DNA of 64,000 nucleotides from Klebsormidium nitens (lineage: Eukaryota; Plantae; Klebsormidiophyceae). Of the stretch, positions 18,048 through 32,500 are shown piece after piece. A program made the position numbers and the translations under genes. The stretch lies in assembly GCA_000708835.1 (NCBI GenBank), contig DF237130.1:1-64000 (forward strand), in the 5' to 3' direction. The notes beneath the pieces are model-generated. The model was not told the DNA's origin. It saw only the letters and a list, made by a program, of their open reading frames with translations, and did no database searches. Each line of letters starts with the position of its first letter. Position 1 is the stretch's first letter.

Positions 18048-18615
18048 ATTTTGGCAGATCTTTGCTTAGGGCAGACTTTAATGAAATCACTTTCACCTCT
18101 TGCCTATGAATGGGGATAGACAAGAATAGATTCAGACGCTGCATCAGGGTCTATAGGACAAAAGGCAGGCCCCCATCGGCCCAGTGGTTCTGACTTCTAT
18201 CTTCCAAGTTCCATCCGAGAGAATGCTTGCTGTAGCGGTCTGTTCTTGCCTGTTGCACTTTGAACCAGGGGGCAAGCGTATATGGGTGTTCGTATAGCAA
18301 ACCACGGCCTAGCTAGGGTGACCTAGGGGCTCCCCAGCGCGCGCGTGGTCCAAATTTTGTAGGCAGCTTCTAGGTCCTATGGGCCATGTTTCTACCAATT
18401 TTTAACCCTGCGTGTGCTGGGGAGCCCCGACACTGACAGCGTACAACCTTCTGGACGGAGGTCTGAAAACACAGCCAAAATGCAATATTTTGGGCCTTGT
18501 AAATCCGAATGGAACAAGGACGAAAGTTGGACGAAATCTTTCTTGGCCCTTATGAACACTAATCAAGCATATTTGAACAGGTGGGTGATCCAGAAATCCA
18601 TTGGCGCAAGAGGCA

Positions 18616-19005
18616 CAAAACTTCAGTGTGAACTCCTTTCGAAATTTCGGACGCGGACGGTTCCTGTCGCCGGTCATGACATCAACAAGACTTCCGAGCA
18701 GTGTTTTCCCGTTCGGACAACCGGGTAATCCTAACCACACTTAAAACCTAAGAATAAGTGCTCAGCCGTTAGTGGGAACCCTAATCTGAGAGCAGTCACA
18801 CAAACCGTCACAGTAAGTGGCGTGACCCTAACACACCGTCAGTGCGTTATGACTTAACCCTAATGTTACAAAGACTGCCCGGTTGCGTACGAGTTCTAAA
18901 TGGTTCATACCGTCCGCCGAGTCTTACCGCGACGCAGGGTACTACTCGAAACACTGGGCAGAGACCGTCCGCGTCCAAGTGTTCGAAAGGAGTTCACAAG
19001 TTTTG
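18616..19005. repeat. Degenerate inverted repeat pair (arms 18616-18661 and 18964-19005); probable MITE remnant
   Basis: TGTGAACTCCTTTCGAA...GGACGCGGACGGT mirrored by ACCGTCCGCGTCC...TTCGAAAGGAGTTCACA. Confidence 0.55.
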
Positions 19006-19308
19006 CATGTATCTTACGTTTTGCTCTGGAGGACACTGCTTGTGCCAGTGGAAGGACTTTCTGTCTGGCGCTTGCACCAACTTGGTGCCATTGCAATGGT
19101 GGTGGCGCAGACACTTTCAAAAAAGTACTGACCGCTAGTATCTACATACTACAGAGCAGCTGGGAGGCGGGGGTCATTGGCATCAGCATATTTTCGTTGC
19201 AAGCCTTCATTCGCTGGCGTGTCCAGCAACTACTTACTGTACCATTGCAAAAGTGACACACTGCTAGTCGCATGCTGGAGCAACGGAGTGAAGCATCGAG
19301 CAGGAGGG

Positions 19309-22300
19309 ATGGCATCGACCTCCTGTTTCCGCCCGCAGGCTCTTTCATTAGGGAAGGCGGACCTTCTTGGGGCTAAGGTCCTAGACATTGAGCTTGGCGA
19401 GCCATTGAGTGGTAGAATGCAGGCTGTGCGTAGACTCTTGACAAAGACTCGTCGACTAGCACACCTCTCACTGCCCTGCCGTTTGAGAGCAGAGTCGTTT
19501 TCTGGCTCCACAGCAAGGGCTGCTCACAAAGCCCCTACCGCGTCCACAGCATTGAATGTGTCGGAAGACACGTCGCCGGCTCCTTCAAAACAGCTATCCG
19601 CTGCCGAAAGGAGGCGCCGACGAAAGTTAGCGGACGGTGACTTCTCAGATGAGTCTGCAAGGCCAGCGTCACCTTATTCGGAGCCCAGGCAGGAGGATTC
19701 CTCAGCAACCACCAGCGCTAGCCCCCAAGTAGCAAGCATATCAGATTCGGGAACGTCCGAAAGAGAACGTCAAAACAAAATCGGCCAATTTAGCAGAGCG
19801 GTAGCCAGGGACGCCGTAGCTTCTGGCGCACGGCAAGAGCGCCCAGCGTACAGAAATAGAGAAAGTTCTCCCTTGGGAGAGTTGGGCAGAAACGGTGGTG
19901 TGGAATCCGGCGCTCATCCCGTGCGGAGACAATTTACGGCGGGCGAGGCGAGGGCGCGGCAGTTCAGCGATGCGGTTCGATTTCTGAATAAGGACACAGG
20001 TGGGCAACCATGATGGCATCTGGTATAAAGATTATCCATCAACTTCCCCGACCCAATCTCGTAGCAGCTGAAGGGATTGTTGCAAAAGGTTCAATCTAAA
20101 ATCATGCAGGGATAGTTTTGAGAAGCATTTCTTTGACTCTCAGTTCAAATTGCAATGGTTGTCGCTTTGAGGGACATACGGAAGCAAACGCAGGCTGGCA
20201 CCATCAGACTTTTAAGCTGTTACATCAAGGGACTAGTCTCCAGGGGAACAACACTCTATGCCTTGACCCTGCAACTTTTACCTTGTGATTCACACCTGTT
20301 CGCGTGCCAATTGTGGTTTCCCAGGCAGGCCTGCACCCCCTCGAAAGCCGCTGGTGCAGCCCGTGATCGTTTCCAGGGGGGTGCTTCCTGACCTTTGGGA
20401 GGGCCCCAACGGAACGGCGATTTTGGTCGACAAGCCGCTGGAGTGGTCATCGCACCAAGCGTGCCAACGGCTGAAGTTCCAGCTAAAGCTAAAGAAGGTG
20501 AGGGGCGCTCCTTACCGCAGTCTGCAGACTTGACCGCTGATCAAGCTAGGTCACAAAATCTCCCTTCAAATTCAAATGTCGTTGATGAGTGTTCTAGGAG
20601 CATTTCTGGAAAGTAGTGAAGGAAGTCAGGCAAATGGTGCGGCCTTCAGAATCTACAGATGTAGGCAGTGATGGCATCATTGTGTTGAAGAAGAGGTTTG
20701 AAATCAGTTTCCCCTACGTCGAGCATTTCAAGGTCAGCTTTGTTTTTGAACATTATTACTGCGCGGTCAAGTACGTTCGAAAATGCAGAGTCTCCAGTAC
20801 TTTCGACCTTCACTATGATTGACGGACATCAGATTCTAAAACCTGAGTCTGTGGACTCGACGGAACGCGGCAAATCTTATAGAACTAATTCTTTCATAAC
20901 GTCAATCTCATCTTTGCAGATTGGGCATGCCGGGACTCTAGATCCGATGGCAAGCGGCCTTCTCATCCTAGTTGCGGGGCCTGCGACCAAGCTGATGGAG
21001 GTGTACCAGGCACAGACCAAAAAGTACTCGGGGACTATCCGGCTAGGAGAGACCACGCCCTCGCTGGACATTGAAACGGAGGTGAGACTTGTCGTGGCAA
21101 GTTAGTTTTGTGAAGTTTTCAGCCGTCTAGCGACTCGACGAGCTCGGCTTCAATTCTTTGGGAAATGATAGCGCCGCATCTCCATGGAGCACTCTCCAAA
21201 ATGACGATCCGCAGTAGTAGTGCATGACCGCGAACATTTTCTCTCTGATGCAAATGAAGACACGTTCTTCGCTGTCAAAGCTGGGCGGAGGCAGTGAGTT
21301 AAAAGGGAGTCGGATCACGAAAACGATCACCATGGAAGACACTTTTCATACTTTCACGATAGAATTGATGGGACAATCAAGCGGAAGATGGGCTCTCGGG
21401 TTTGCCATCGAGTCTCAAAGCAAACTACGCGGTCCCTTTTGAAGAAACGAGAGTCTTCTTGGTGTTGCTTTGATGCATCTATAAGAGTTGCGGGCATTGT
21501 CAAGGTGTCATTACAGAGCACTTTATCAGAAATGAGTCTGGGCGACGTATCTCGACTCCTTGCTCCGCGTCTGGCATCCAACAAGACAAACCTTGTCGTT
21601 TTGCGCTTTCTGCTCGTCAGCCCTTTACATTTACGCTCTCGACGCCCGCCACCCTCTCAGGTCGAAGAGCGGTTCCCGTGGGAGCACGTCACGGATGACG
21701 TCATCGCTTCAACGCCCGAGAGTTTTCTGGGTGACATCATGCAAGTGCCGCCCATCTACTCGGCTCTCCAGGTAAGGTCGTCTCTATTTGAAAACATGTT
21801 ATTTCTGGAAAATGAAAGCATCATAGTGGAAGAGGGGCGAAGGAATCGATGAATCGGAAAACGTCGTCATTTGGAGTTTCCGCGTCGACGAGTCGATTCC
21901 GTTTGCCATATTTCAGCCGAAGAATTGTGCTTGGAAAGATTGCAGGTTGGAGGCGCTCTACTCAATTGCGGCGTGGACGTTTGCCTCCCCGGGTGACGTA
22001 ACGTGACTTGGAAGCTCGGGGGAAGTATTGATTGGGGGCTTTTTGCTTTCCATGCCAACAATCACTTCTGGTTATCCGGTCAAGCGAGCCAGTCATCAAA
22101 AGCGATCGGCTGGATCAACCCCCTTGCTAAACCGTTGTTTCTAGTGATCGAAAAGACGCACCTCTAGGACAACTTACTCGAGTGAGTAGCATTCAAACCT
22201 TGATCGCATGTTTAGAGGTACCCTAGAAGTTGACCTATTTCTTCCAATCGCAGGTCGGGGGCGAGCGGTTGTACAAGAAAGCGCGCAGGGGGGAGACGAT

Positions 22301-23508
22301 GGAGATCGCAGCTCGGCCGATCACCATCGAAGGCCTGCGACTGTGGAGGGACGAGGAGGTCAGGTAGGGTGGCCGTCTTTCTCGCCTTATTCGTCCTCGC
22401 TCTGCTTGTCTCGCTTCGCATGCAAGTCGCAAAAGTTTCCCCCAAACCAAACCTGTTGACTTATACAGAGGATTGATCCGTAATCAGACCTTTTGCTGAG
22501 CCCCTGGAAATGATTATTCTCGTTGTTCAGCTTTGGCAGCCCGTTCCGCGAAAATCTCCTGGTTCAATGGTGACGGGTTAAATCTAACCGAAGTTCGATA
22601 CAAAGCTAAACCTTTACCCTGTTTCGGTCCATACCAGCCTGGTGCAAGCCTCCTGCAGCGACTTCTCCCGCTGCGCCTTCGTTGGAAAGGTCGCGCCGGG
22701 CAGGAATGCTGACGGCAGCCTGCCACGTGGCCCTCTCGCAGGCAGCACGTGCACTTCGAGGTTGTCTGCTCCAAGGGCACGTACGTCCGCTCGCTCGCGC
22801 GTGACATCGGCGCGTCTATGGGCACTGGGGCCTATCTGGTCGCGCTGAGGAGGGAAGCCATTGGTGAGAAAGTAATGAGCAAAAATTTGCGGACGTTCAG
22901 AAGAATGATGTAAGAAGTAGTAAACCTGAACCCAAGTAGTACCTGCTCCGCACCCGTGCCCACCGTAAAGCGATTTCTTGTTGGATGGGCGGAGGCGATC
23001 TGGATTGGACGTGCGCAGGCGTACATTAAGTTTGCCATGCCGACCGATCCGAAAAATGGATCAATGCGGCCGTTGCTCTTGGCGGCTGACATAGATTGAG
23101 ATCTGTGCATCCTTCGAGTTGAAAAACTCTGATTGATAATCAATCCGTAGAACTGGCACTTATTGCAGACAACGCGTTACGTCGAGACTTTTCGAATCGT
23201 CAAATCTCTTGTCCGTCCGCACATGCGCTTTTGCAAACAGAGACGTCGGGGAGAATGCTGTTCAGGCATTGGTGGGGCCGCTTTGATCAACACTTCACCG
23301 ACTGTTCTGAACTTCAACGAGCCCAGCTGATTCCCATCAAAACATTTCATCACTTGTTCGTGCAGGAGATTTTGACGTAAAAGACGCCTGGGATATCGAT
23401 GACCTTCTTGCACAGTGGCAAGTCCGACAGGACGAAATCAGAGACTCTCGCATCTTTCGATCAGACGCGCTGCGAACTTCGGAAGAGCCGCCGACTTTGA
23501 GTGTTTGA
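19309..23508 (+). CDS. TRUB: tRNA pseudouridine(55) synthase TruB, multi-exon, long N-terminal extension (probably organelle-targeted)
   Basis: Exons read [26 protein letters not shown]...[54 protein letters not shown]...LRREAIG and GDFDVKDAW, with GT-AG boundaries. Confidence 0.93.
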
Positions 23509-24348
23509 CGAGGGAAGCGTTAGCAAATTCGTTCCTAATTGAGTTTATAACAATGACGGTAAAACATTCTTAAGACGGCCAATCGCGGAGCTTCAAGAAA
23601 TGACCCGTGTGAGGTTCCCAGTAAGTGCACGAGAGTTCTAGCTTGATTGACCAAGTCAAACATAGCATGCATTGAATCTATGATGACTCGTACCTAAAAT
23701 GACGTGAAGCGTTTGCCACGCTCCGTTACATCAAGACGGTCCCCTGGGCCCGAGCTAGCATGATGCACGCACATGCACGTACGTTATGAATGCATGTAAG
23801 CAGAGCAGAACTCACCAATCCTGGGCTCATTGAAGTGGTCGAAACAGGACAGAATGCACTAGCTGAGAGCGAAACGGCCATGCAGCTTAGTTCAAGTAAG
23901 CGCACCGGCTCGTGCTCAGTAAAACTGCTGATATAATTCCGATGGACATTTGCAATTGCATGATATATTGCAGGCACCGAGTACTCACCGTCATGCTTGG
24001 ATTAACAGCAACTTAACAAGTAAAACTCACAGCTCTAGCCGCGCCCGCCGGTCAGGGACGGCAGGAGGGCTGAAATGATCATCCATGCAGTGACGAGAGT
24101 CCTGATCATTCAATAGTCGGTTGTCTGGAGCGATATGTTGACATCCAAGAGCTGTTGCTGTGACTTTGCTTGCTCGTCTCCTATTCAAAGCAGCGCGGCA
24201 CTACCCTAATGGAAGCTGATTGTGTTTCAAACACCAGTCGCAACATTAGAGTAAATAATGAAGGTGATCCGTCCCACGCCTTGAGCGGACCACTTTGAAA
24301 GGAACTTGAAAACGGAAAATCATTCAACGCTAGTACTCTCCGCAGAAG

Positions 24349-27300
24349 TTAATCTTCTTCGGTGCCGCCCTCTGCTTCGGACAACGCCTTCGAGGCAATC
24401 CTCGAGACGAGGGTGGTAACCCCTAAAGTCGCTACCGCTCCCAACTGCAATGTGGAGCGGGATGGCATTCAGGCGTTCGTGAATTGCCAGTAGGCATACC
24501 AAGCACAGAAAAATATTCGAGATGAAGGCTACTTGCCATGGAACTGAGCCGCCAGCAAGCTTCATAAAAGGCAAATGCTCGCCGATCTCCCAGTCCAGTT
24601 CGAAAGCATCCTCTGCGAGTGCACATCAACAAAGAGTTTGTGTTCACGACAGTATCACAACCTCCTTTCAGCGAAGATGCAAAAAGGGCGCCCGCAAACT
24701 TCATAAAGTGCAAATGCTCGCTGAACCCCCGGTCCACTCCAAAACAATCTCGGCAAGTGCACATCAACAAATGGATTGTCTTCAAGACATCATCACAGCC
24801 TCTTTCCAGCAACGATGCTATAAGGTACTCACAGCATAAAGGCCCAATTGAAGTGGAGAGGTTTTTGCTACCGCCCCTCCGCTCGCAACAATGTCAACAG
24901 TCGCCTTTCCGGCGCTTCCCAGGTACCTGTAGACCGGATGATGAGACTTCGGACCACATATGAGAGGCAATCCGAGGTCCAGGACAGTAGCACCATTGCC
25001 CTATTCCCATGTTCGTTTAGTTGGACAATGGCGAGGGCCGCGAAGTTGGCACCAGTTGGCACCAGTTGGCAAGTGCTCTGCTTCGGAACGATTCTTGACG
25101 CAGATTCAGATGGAGAATCCAGACTCAAGGGGATCTCGATATGATTATAACAAAAAGTTTCGACTTTTTCTGAGTGGCGAGAATGCAGATCGCTGCACTA
25201 GCCTTCCTTCCAATTGTTGAGCTAGCCTACCAGGACATCCGAGAAACATTTGCAAGACTTACAGGACGCATCTTTCACAAGAATGTTAGTCCTCCCGTTT
25301 CGCCTTCCGCACCATTCACAACTCCGAACACCGCCTTCCCGCTAGCACTGCCGTTCTAGGGGCTCAGACTGATCACTTTTGACAGTTCAACGAAAGAGCA
25401 CGGAAAATATTAACAACAGCCTTCGACGCTTCTTACACGTATGCAAAAGTTGCCGGCAGCATGCCGATCCAGGATGAGGCCACGAACGGCACGAACTCGA
25501 TCCTGGTTAGCCCCAGCCTGCAGAGAGAAACGGGAGTTAAGTTCGACTCCTACATCGACCGGCGATAAGCATCGGCTCACAGGTGGGCGACCTGGTTTCA
25601 CTTCGGCAGCTGCATCTCAACAGAATAGAAACCAGCAAACGCTGTTAGGCAATCACAGTTCTTGCTGCCGCTTCTGTTTTGTTGAAGACGGATCAATCGC
25701 AGCCTTTCTGCCACAGCCAGGAAGCTACGGCGTGTCCGCACGTCCACTGTCTCCATCAAACCAAGAATTGAAGAATAGCAACCAGTCTACGAGCTTGCGC
25801 GGTTTCGAGCCCACTACATGGCAACACGACCAGTCACACGACGACTCAAGGATGCTGACGAACTCACGCGTAATTAGAGAGCGCGAAGGGGAAGAGGGGC
25901 GACAGGCGGAGCAACACCACGACCTTCCAGCCCTCTCTCGAGATCGCCTTGTCTACCGCTACAAACCTGCACGTCACAAGACAATCACTTGCATCTCATT
26001 AGACGAAACGTCAAATGGGCAGCCGCGCTGAGGAGGCGACACAACGACCAAGATGCTCGTTAACAATTGAAAGTCTACTACAGTGTGGCACGTTGAGCAG
26101 ATTGTGAAGCGCAGATGCAGTTTTCGGTCGTACGCTCTTCAAAGTAGCTGAAAGCTCTTAGCCTCCATTCGCGGGGTGTGAATTGTTTTCGTAGCTTCGT
26201 AGTTTATCAGCTCTGGCAATTGACAAGACACCCGATTGTGAGGCAAAAGAGATAGATCGGAGCTGAGGGGTGCGGACGGAAGTGACATGAACGGTTTGAA
26301 GTGGCTTTCGAGGGTTTGCAACGCTATCAACATACGGGCCAACGTCGACATTGTTTCTGATGAGAAGTACTGTTCCCAGCAACCGCTTTGTGCCGAACAA
26401 CACTCCAAAACACGAACAATGAAACCGTTGCTCGAGAGCGCCCCCGCAGTCTGTTTCAACGAAAGCTTTGGCAAGCGCTCTTACCTATCGTACTTCGCGA
26501 GGCGTTCCTCTACAAACGGCCTAGCAGCATACCGGGATATGAGGAAGGCCAGCGCCGCTGCGGGGACAAGGGCGGAACGTCTTTGGGTTTGCCGTGAACC
26601 GGACAATGATAGTCACGCCAGCAGTACAACAGCCCTTCGTAAAAAGCATAAAAAGGCAGGGAATGAGCATAGATTGCACCATTGAGCTGGAACGAGACAC
26701 GGGCACAAAGTGCAATCTTCAAGACAATTGCACGTAACCAAAGAATGGTGATACGGGGCCCCTAAATTCGAGCAGGGAGGGTCCGCTCATCCGCAGTAGC
26801 TTCAGACCTTTAAATATCAAAGAAAGAAGAATTGATGCGCTTCTGCTGGAGCCAGGAGGAATTCACCAGCTATTTAAACCCTGGACCTAATCTTATGTTA
26901 AGTGGCGGGGCAGACTTGCCTCCACTGGTGGACGAGACAGAGACGACCGCAGTTCCGAGCAGCGGGCCGAAGATGTACCCGGCAGCTAGGGTAAGAATCG
27001 AGGCTGGGATGAAGGCGACAGTAGTGAGGCAGTAAGCGGCGGCAAAGTATATGGGGGCTAGAGGTCCGGCAGACTCGATCTGTTCCTCTATCCACTGAAA
27101 GGAGGAGAAGAGGGAGGGTCAAGGAATGATGGAAAGACGGCTCTGTCAATACAAGAACAGGGCATGAAAATTGCCTCTCCAATGCATATTCCTACAAAAC
27201 ATCAACTGTCACATGGCTGTTTGTAGATCCGATCACAACACCAGTATGAACCGCTCGCCTCACCTCGATGAACTGTAGCTGTCGAGAGCTTATAAGTTCC

Positions 27301-27511
27301 ACGACTTTGCAGAAGCTGGTCAAGGTTGACTACTCAGTAAGAAAGCAGGGTTGGATTTGACGTGAAAGCAATCTGTTTGGCCTTCTCTTGCAGAGGGCTA
27401 GTAAAAAGAAAAAACAGGGGCTCACTTTGACCCACTCCGTTGGACCCCCAGGAATTAAGTAAGCGACTGCGCCTAGCACCAATACTATGGACGTGATGGC
27501 GACGATTGCAA
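24349..27511 (-). CDS. TVP38/TMEM64 (SNARE-associated Golgi/VTT domain) membrane protein; 5' end unresolved
   Basis: Exons read PIYFAAAYCLTTVAFIPASILTLAAGYIFGPLLG, VVLLRLSPLFPFALSNY, FVASSWIGMLPATFAYV, YLGSAGKA and LGAVATLGVTTLVSRIASKAL. Confidence 0.85.
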
Positions 27512-29504
27512 CTGCAACAGAAGAACACCGTGTATCCAAAGAGAAATCCGATCAATCTCAGATGACCTGCCATATGTTTGGGTATCAGTCATTTTATCAG
27601 CGATTGTTGAGCTGTGACAGCTCGTAGCGTCCTGGACGCAGCAGGGGAAGCTGATGGGTTTTGCTTACGCTTTGAATAAGGCGAAGCATCCATAAAAAGG
27701 GTCTCCTGAGTTCATCCCATAGGCACATCTTGCCTTATGCAGAGTACAAAACAAAAGTTCAGCGCAGCAAAGCAAATTCCTTTTGACGTTGTGAAGGTGG
27801 ATTATAGTCACCGGTTGGTGGGCCTCCCTGCTGTTCGGTATCCACTTGTTTATCTTGCGCGCTTTCTCGTTCTGTCAGCATTTCCCCTCCTTTCTTTTCT
27901 TCTGCTCTGATTGGGCAGAGGCGAAGCGGCTTTGCTGCTGCAAGCAGATCAAAGAGCATGTTAAAAGCACCTTACAGACACTTCAGGGACTTGGCATGAT
28001 TGCACCAACTTTAGAAAAGCTCCTAACTCTGGGGACACCGAGATTCATACTTGACAAGTACAGAGACAGCATTGCTTGATCCCGAGCAGAACGGAGTAGA
28101 TTCAATTGAGAAAAGCCCCAGCCTTCAACGATCATCAGGAAGACACCGTGCTCAAAGGTAGACCTGAAACGTATCCTCTAAAATAATTTGTGACCAGAAA
28201 GATCCAGGCGCAACAGCTATGTGACCATCTTCATGCACCCCATGGTTTTGACAGTGTCAGAATGTTGGACGGCAAGTAGGATAAATCAAGCTGAGAAATT
28301 TGAATTCCTGGGCAGCACACATCAATCCTCAGCTCGAATCCTTACCTTCCTTTCGGAAAAGTCCAGCTAATTTCATCCTGCCTGGGCTAGCGATATGAGA
28401 TGGTGACCTCTTATCTGACAAGGTGTAATGCTGCACGTCAAGCCGTTGAGCTCCCTTGGCTCTGAGCTGTTTGCTTACTCTGTGCGCTCGTGCTGACCCT
28501 AGCAGTGCAGGGAATGTAGGGGAACCTAATGCTGGAATTTGAAGAGTTTGCCTTCTCTCCTGTGGAAGACTTATCACTATCAGCGCATGGCTGAGGCAGC
28601 TCAACTCTGCTGCTGCGGCCATCATCGTAGCTGCCTTGGCTCTGAGTCTGAGACTGAAGAACGTTCAAGAAAGCAGTGCCGGCTAGCTTTTGCAAGAACC
28701 TCTCACGGACAGTCCGGAGGGCTCACTAACCCTCGCCGTCGGCAATGCACTGGTGCCGGTGCATTTCCGGAGCAACGTTATCATGTACCGTTTACGCATT
28801 TTCCAGTTTGGGCTGGTTTGGGCTTGGGCGATCGAAACCGGCAGAAACACCGTGCAAAGTCGGTGGGTTGGTTTGTGACCCTTTTTCGTAACCCAATGCA
28901 TATTTCAAAACGATTGGTCAGATTGGCGTTGTTCCGTTGAAGCAGCGATCAGAGAGAAATGCTGATCGACTACGACTTCGGATGGAAGTCCCAACTTCGT
29001 TCGCTCCAATCTTATCTTTGACGCAAGCTGCTCGCAATATACTGCTAAGGTTTATACTTTAGGTGTGCATCACCATTCAGCATGCAGCATTAAGAGCTGA
29101 TATCGAGACCGTGAGGAGACACTACAGGTGGCCGGCTGAGAAGAGGAACTGAAATTAGATTAATCTGGCTTATTAGAAGATGCACAAAGCTCCAAGTTTC
29201 TCGAAGCATACGAGCACAACAGAATGGAGTAAAAAGCCAATCAAGGCGCTGCGGGACGTCATGGCCTAGTCCAGGGATAGGTAGTCTTAGCCGTTGCTTC
29301 GTTGCTAGCCCGCTTTCTCTGACTATGTAGTGTTTACAAAGTGAGGAGGTGATATCATTCACTGCTCTTCTCGGGCTTAAGGCAACGCAGGGATGAGGAG
29401 ACGTCTCGAGCGCTTCTCGAGCATATTGTTGCTGACAAAAGGAGGTCAAGAGACTCGCAGTGACTGCTGACACTCACACCCGTAAAAGTCCTAAACCCGG
29501 AAGC

Positions 29505-32500
29505 ATGGGTGGCCTTCCAGTGGTCTTCATTGGCATCTGCTTCCTCTTGTGTGACGCTTCGATCACTACAGGTGAGTGGAGTGAGTGTGAGGAATCATTC
29601 AGTTCGAGATTCGCAGATAGTGCTCCGCGGCTGACATCGGTTGCTCTTGAAAGATTGTCAAAGTTGAGGCACTCAACTTTCAGAGCCTGCACAATATAAG
29701 TGTCAAAGCGTTGGTCGTGAGTATGCTTCCTCAGCTCTCAGATAAAATCGCAATCATCTGCTCTTAATACGAACCCCTTCACTTGCCAGAATTGGAAAGG
29801 TCATGGTCAGTCGCTAAGCACAATTTTCTATAGGATCCACGATACAGCCTGCATTTGGTGCAGAAGTGGTTCCAGATTCCTTACGATCGAAAGTATTAGA
29901 GTGCACTTCATTCGTGAAGCGACGAGTGATGGACCTTTGCCGCCAGCTGGCAACCCTTCCAGTTCAGCGGGTGATGATGGATATGATAAAAACTTGCTCA
30001 CCCCGAACGGAATTGCAGCAGCAAATCAGGAAGATTCCGACCACTTCGTCAAACGTCAAGGGCATCAGTTCACGCTCAACGGAAAGCGGTTCTTCGTTCA
30101 CGGGTAAGCGGTCAGCGGCCAACAGGACACGTGAACCGTTTGTATTACAAATCTAATCGCATCAGCTGCATAGTGCTGCACAGTTCGCTTATTCTTTCGG
30201 CCTCTCAAACCCTAACAAGGTGATCATGAGTCAGTACGCGCACAACGATTCTTCGAATTCGTTTGCAGGTGGAACACCTACCATCTTTTAGACTGCATAC
30301 ATCTCGACGCTTCGACTTATCCAGATGGAGTTCGGACAATTCCTGCACATTGCCCGGCAGTTGACGAAGTTCTACGGAAGGGGAGGAACCTAGGAATGAA
30401 CGTCATGCGCACTTGGGCATTTCACGAGTACGTGACCTGCAATCGAAAGTCTTCTCCAAGAGCGTTTCTTGAGAAGCCTGTATATGTTTCAAGAAGGCGG
30501 ACATGAAACCACGTGTAAGCACCTTCCTTCGAGCAAGTCTAACTTAACGTAGTCACCGGCCACACCCTCAGATCTCCGCATCTGGCCATGGATTAGATTG
30601 TTGAATCTTGATGCGGTACTGAATGCTTCACGTAGTGCCTGACATGTTCCTTCTTTGATCACGATCAGTGGGCCTCCTAAAGACGGAAAGTACCCGCTCC
30701 AGACAACCCCGGGTTGGTACTCAGAACACACTTTCCAGGTGAGCAGTGGACTGCCTAGCTGCTGAGGTCATCTTCTGCTGAAGAAGTAGGGGACGAAGCA
30801 AATGGTCGAAGTCTTGATGTGCTGCCTCATTCGAAAGGATGGTGTCCCGACCTATCCGTGTTTCAACGGCGCTCTTTCAGCAATGTCAACACGTGCAACC
30901 TCACTGACAGCAAAACTATCTGTCAGTTTCCTTGCCGCGACTCTTTGTAGACTGAGGATCAAGTGGTACATCTCTTTGTACCAACATGGAATCTTCGCTC
31001 CTGTATTTCTGCCGATGCAGATGCTTGATTACATTCTGCTTCGAGCTTCAGAATACGGCATCCGCCTGATCCTACCGCTTGTCAACTTCAAGTGAGTGAA
31101 GCCTCTCGATCGTGCATGCATGATGAAAAGGAAGGTCCTTTCCTGTTGCTTTTGGAGCATTTCCCCTTCTATCGTAGACAGACGTCAAGTTGACGTCTGA
31201 GATTTCACTTTTCGATTGGCAGCCGGAGCTTGATTGAAGAAGGGCTCATGTATGTCGCAGGCATTCCTACGGTGGCTCGCTGCAGTATCTGACCTGGTCT
31301 AAAGAACGGGGTGGCAGAGTCACTACCACTGACGATGCTTTGGGAGACAGTGAGCAGTTCTACACCGACGACCTGTGCAAGGAGTTCTATAAGTCCTACG
31401 TCAAGGTACGACCCAAAGCAGCCGAAGTCATTGTATGAGGGCTTTTAAAAGAAGGTCTTTCCATTTCAAGCTTGTTCTCGCAAGTCTCCAGAGTTCCGAG
31501 CACCGGTCTTCCTGTCCGAATATCCTGTAGCTTTTTCCACTGACGGACCTTGCCAAGTTTCTTAATTGCCAGATGAAGTCAGCCGTTGGCAATTTCGAGC
31601 CTCAGAGCTTGTAGATCAAAGTGCACCGGTTTGCAATAATTGGTCGAACTGGGTGTCCGATCCTTTTCTTTAAAAGTGACGCGAAGGGACATAAACAGTA
31701 CCACTTGGCGTCCTTCACGGCTAGCAACTCTGTCCAACCTGATTGTCTGATTCAAACCTTCTGTGCAGTCTATTCTTCAGCGGACAAATACATTCACAAA
31801 ACGGGTATACAGGGACGATCCCACCATCTTCGCCTTCGACCTGATAAATGAGCCACGTGCACCGCTTCATCCGAATGGCAACGAACTGCAGGTGAGATGC
31901 GATTCCCCTTGCAGGCCATGTACATCATCAAGTTTTTTGGGGCCACCTCAGATTGATTCATACCACAACATACGTTCTGCTGTTTGTGACAGACTCCTCT
32001 GGACCTCCACCCCTTCAAGCTGGACGCAAAGCGCTGACGCCCAAATCCGTCATGTCAAACAGGCCTGGATCGAAGAGATGTCCTCCTTCCTCCGAAACGA
32101 AGATCCGAACCATCTTATCAGGTAAGTCGACCAGAAACTTGCGCAAAAATTGCAGCTAGGAGTTGCGGTATTCAAACCAGCGTTGCAAATCCTGTTCGAA
32201 AATGGTCTTTTATACTCTTAGCTTGCGCAGTTGGTTTCTTCGCTTGTGCAGAAACTCCAGCAAGAATTTTTCCTCAATCCTTCCCATCCTCTTCCGACCT
32301 TTTTCCCCCTTGCAGTGTTGGTTTAGAGGGTTGGTTTGGAGCAACAACCCCAGATCTCCAGATGCTGAATCCTCCGACCACCTCAAAGTATCCAATTGAA
32401 TGGAACGAGACGGAGGGCTCGGACTTTGTTGTGAACAACATCTTGCCGTCCGTTGACTTTGCGGCGATGAGTGTAAGTTTTCAAGGCTCCTGCCCATTTC

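Noticed and set aside
18725-18865. Telomere or chromosome-end interpretation of the ACCCTAA motifs
   Set aside because: The copies are dispersed rather than tandem, and genes continue on both sides.
24690-24800. Box C/D snoRNA (GTGATGA ... CTGA on the minus strand) in the duplicated intron segment
   Set aside because: The second copy lacks box C, and no terminal stem or rRNA guide could be verified by eye.
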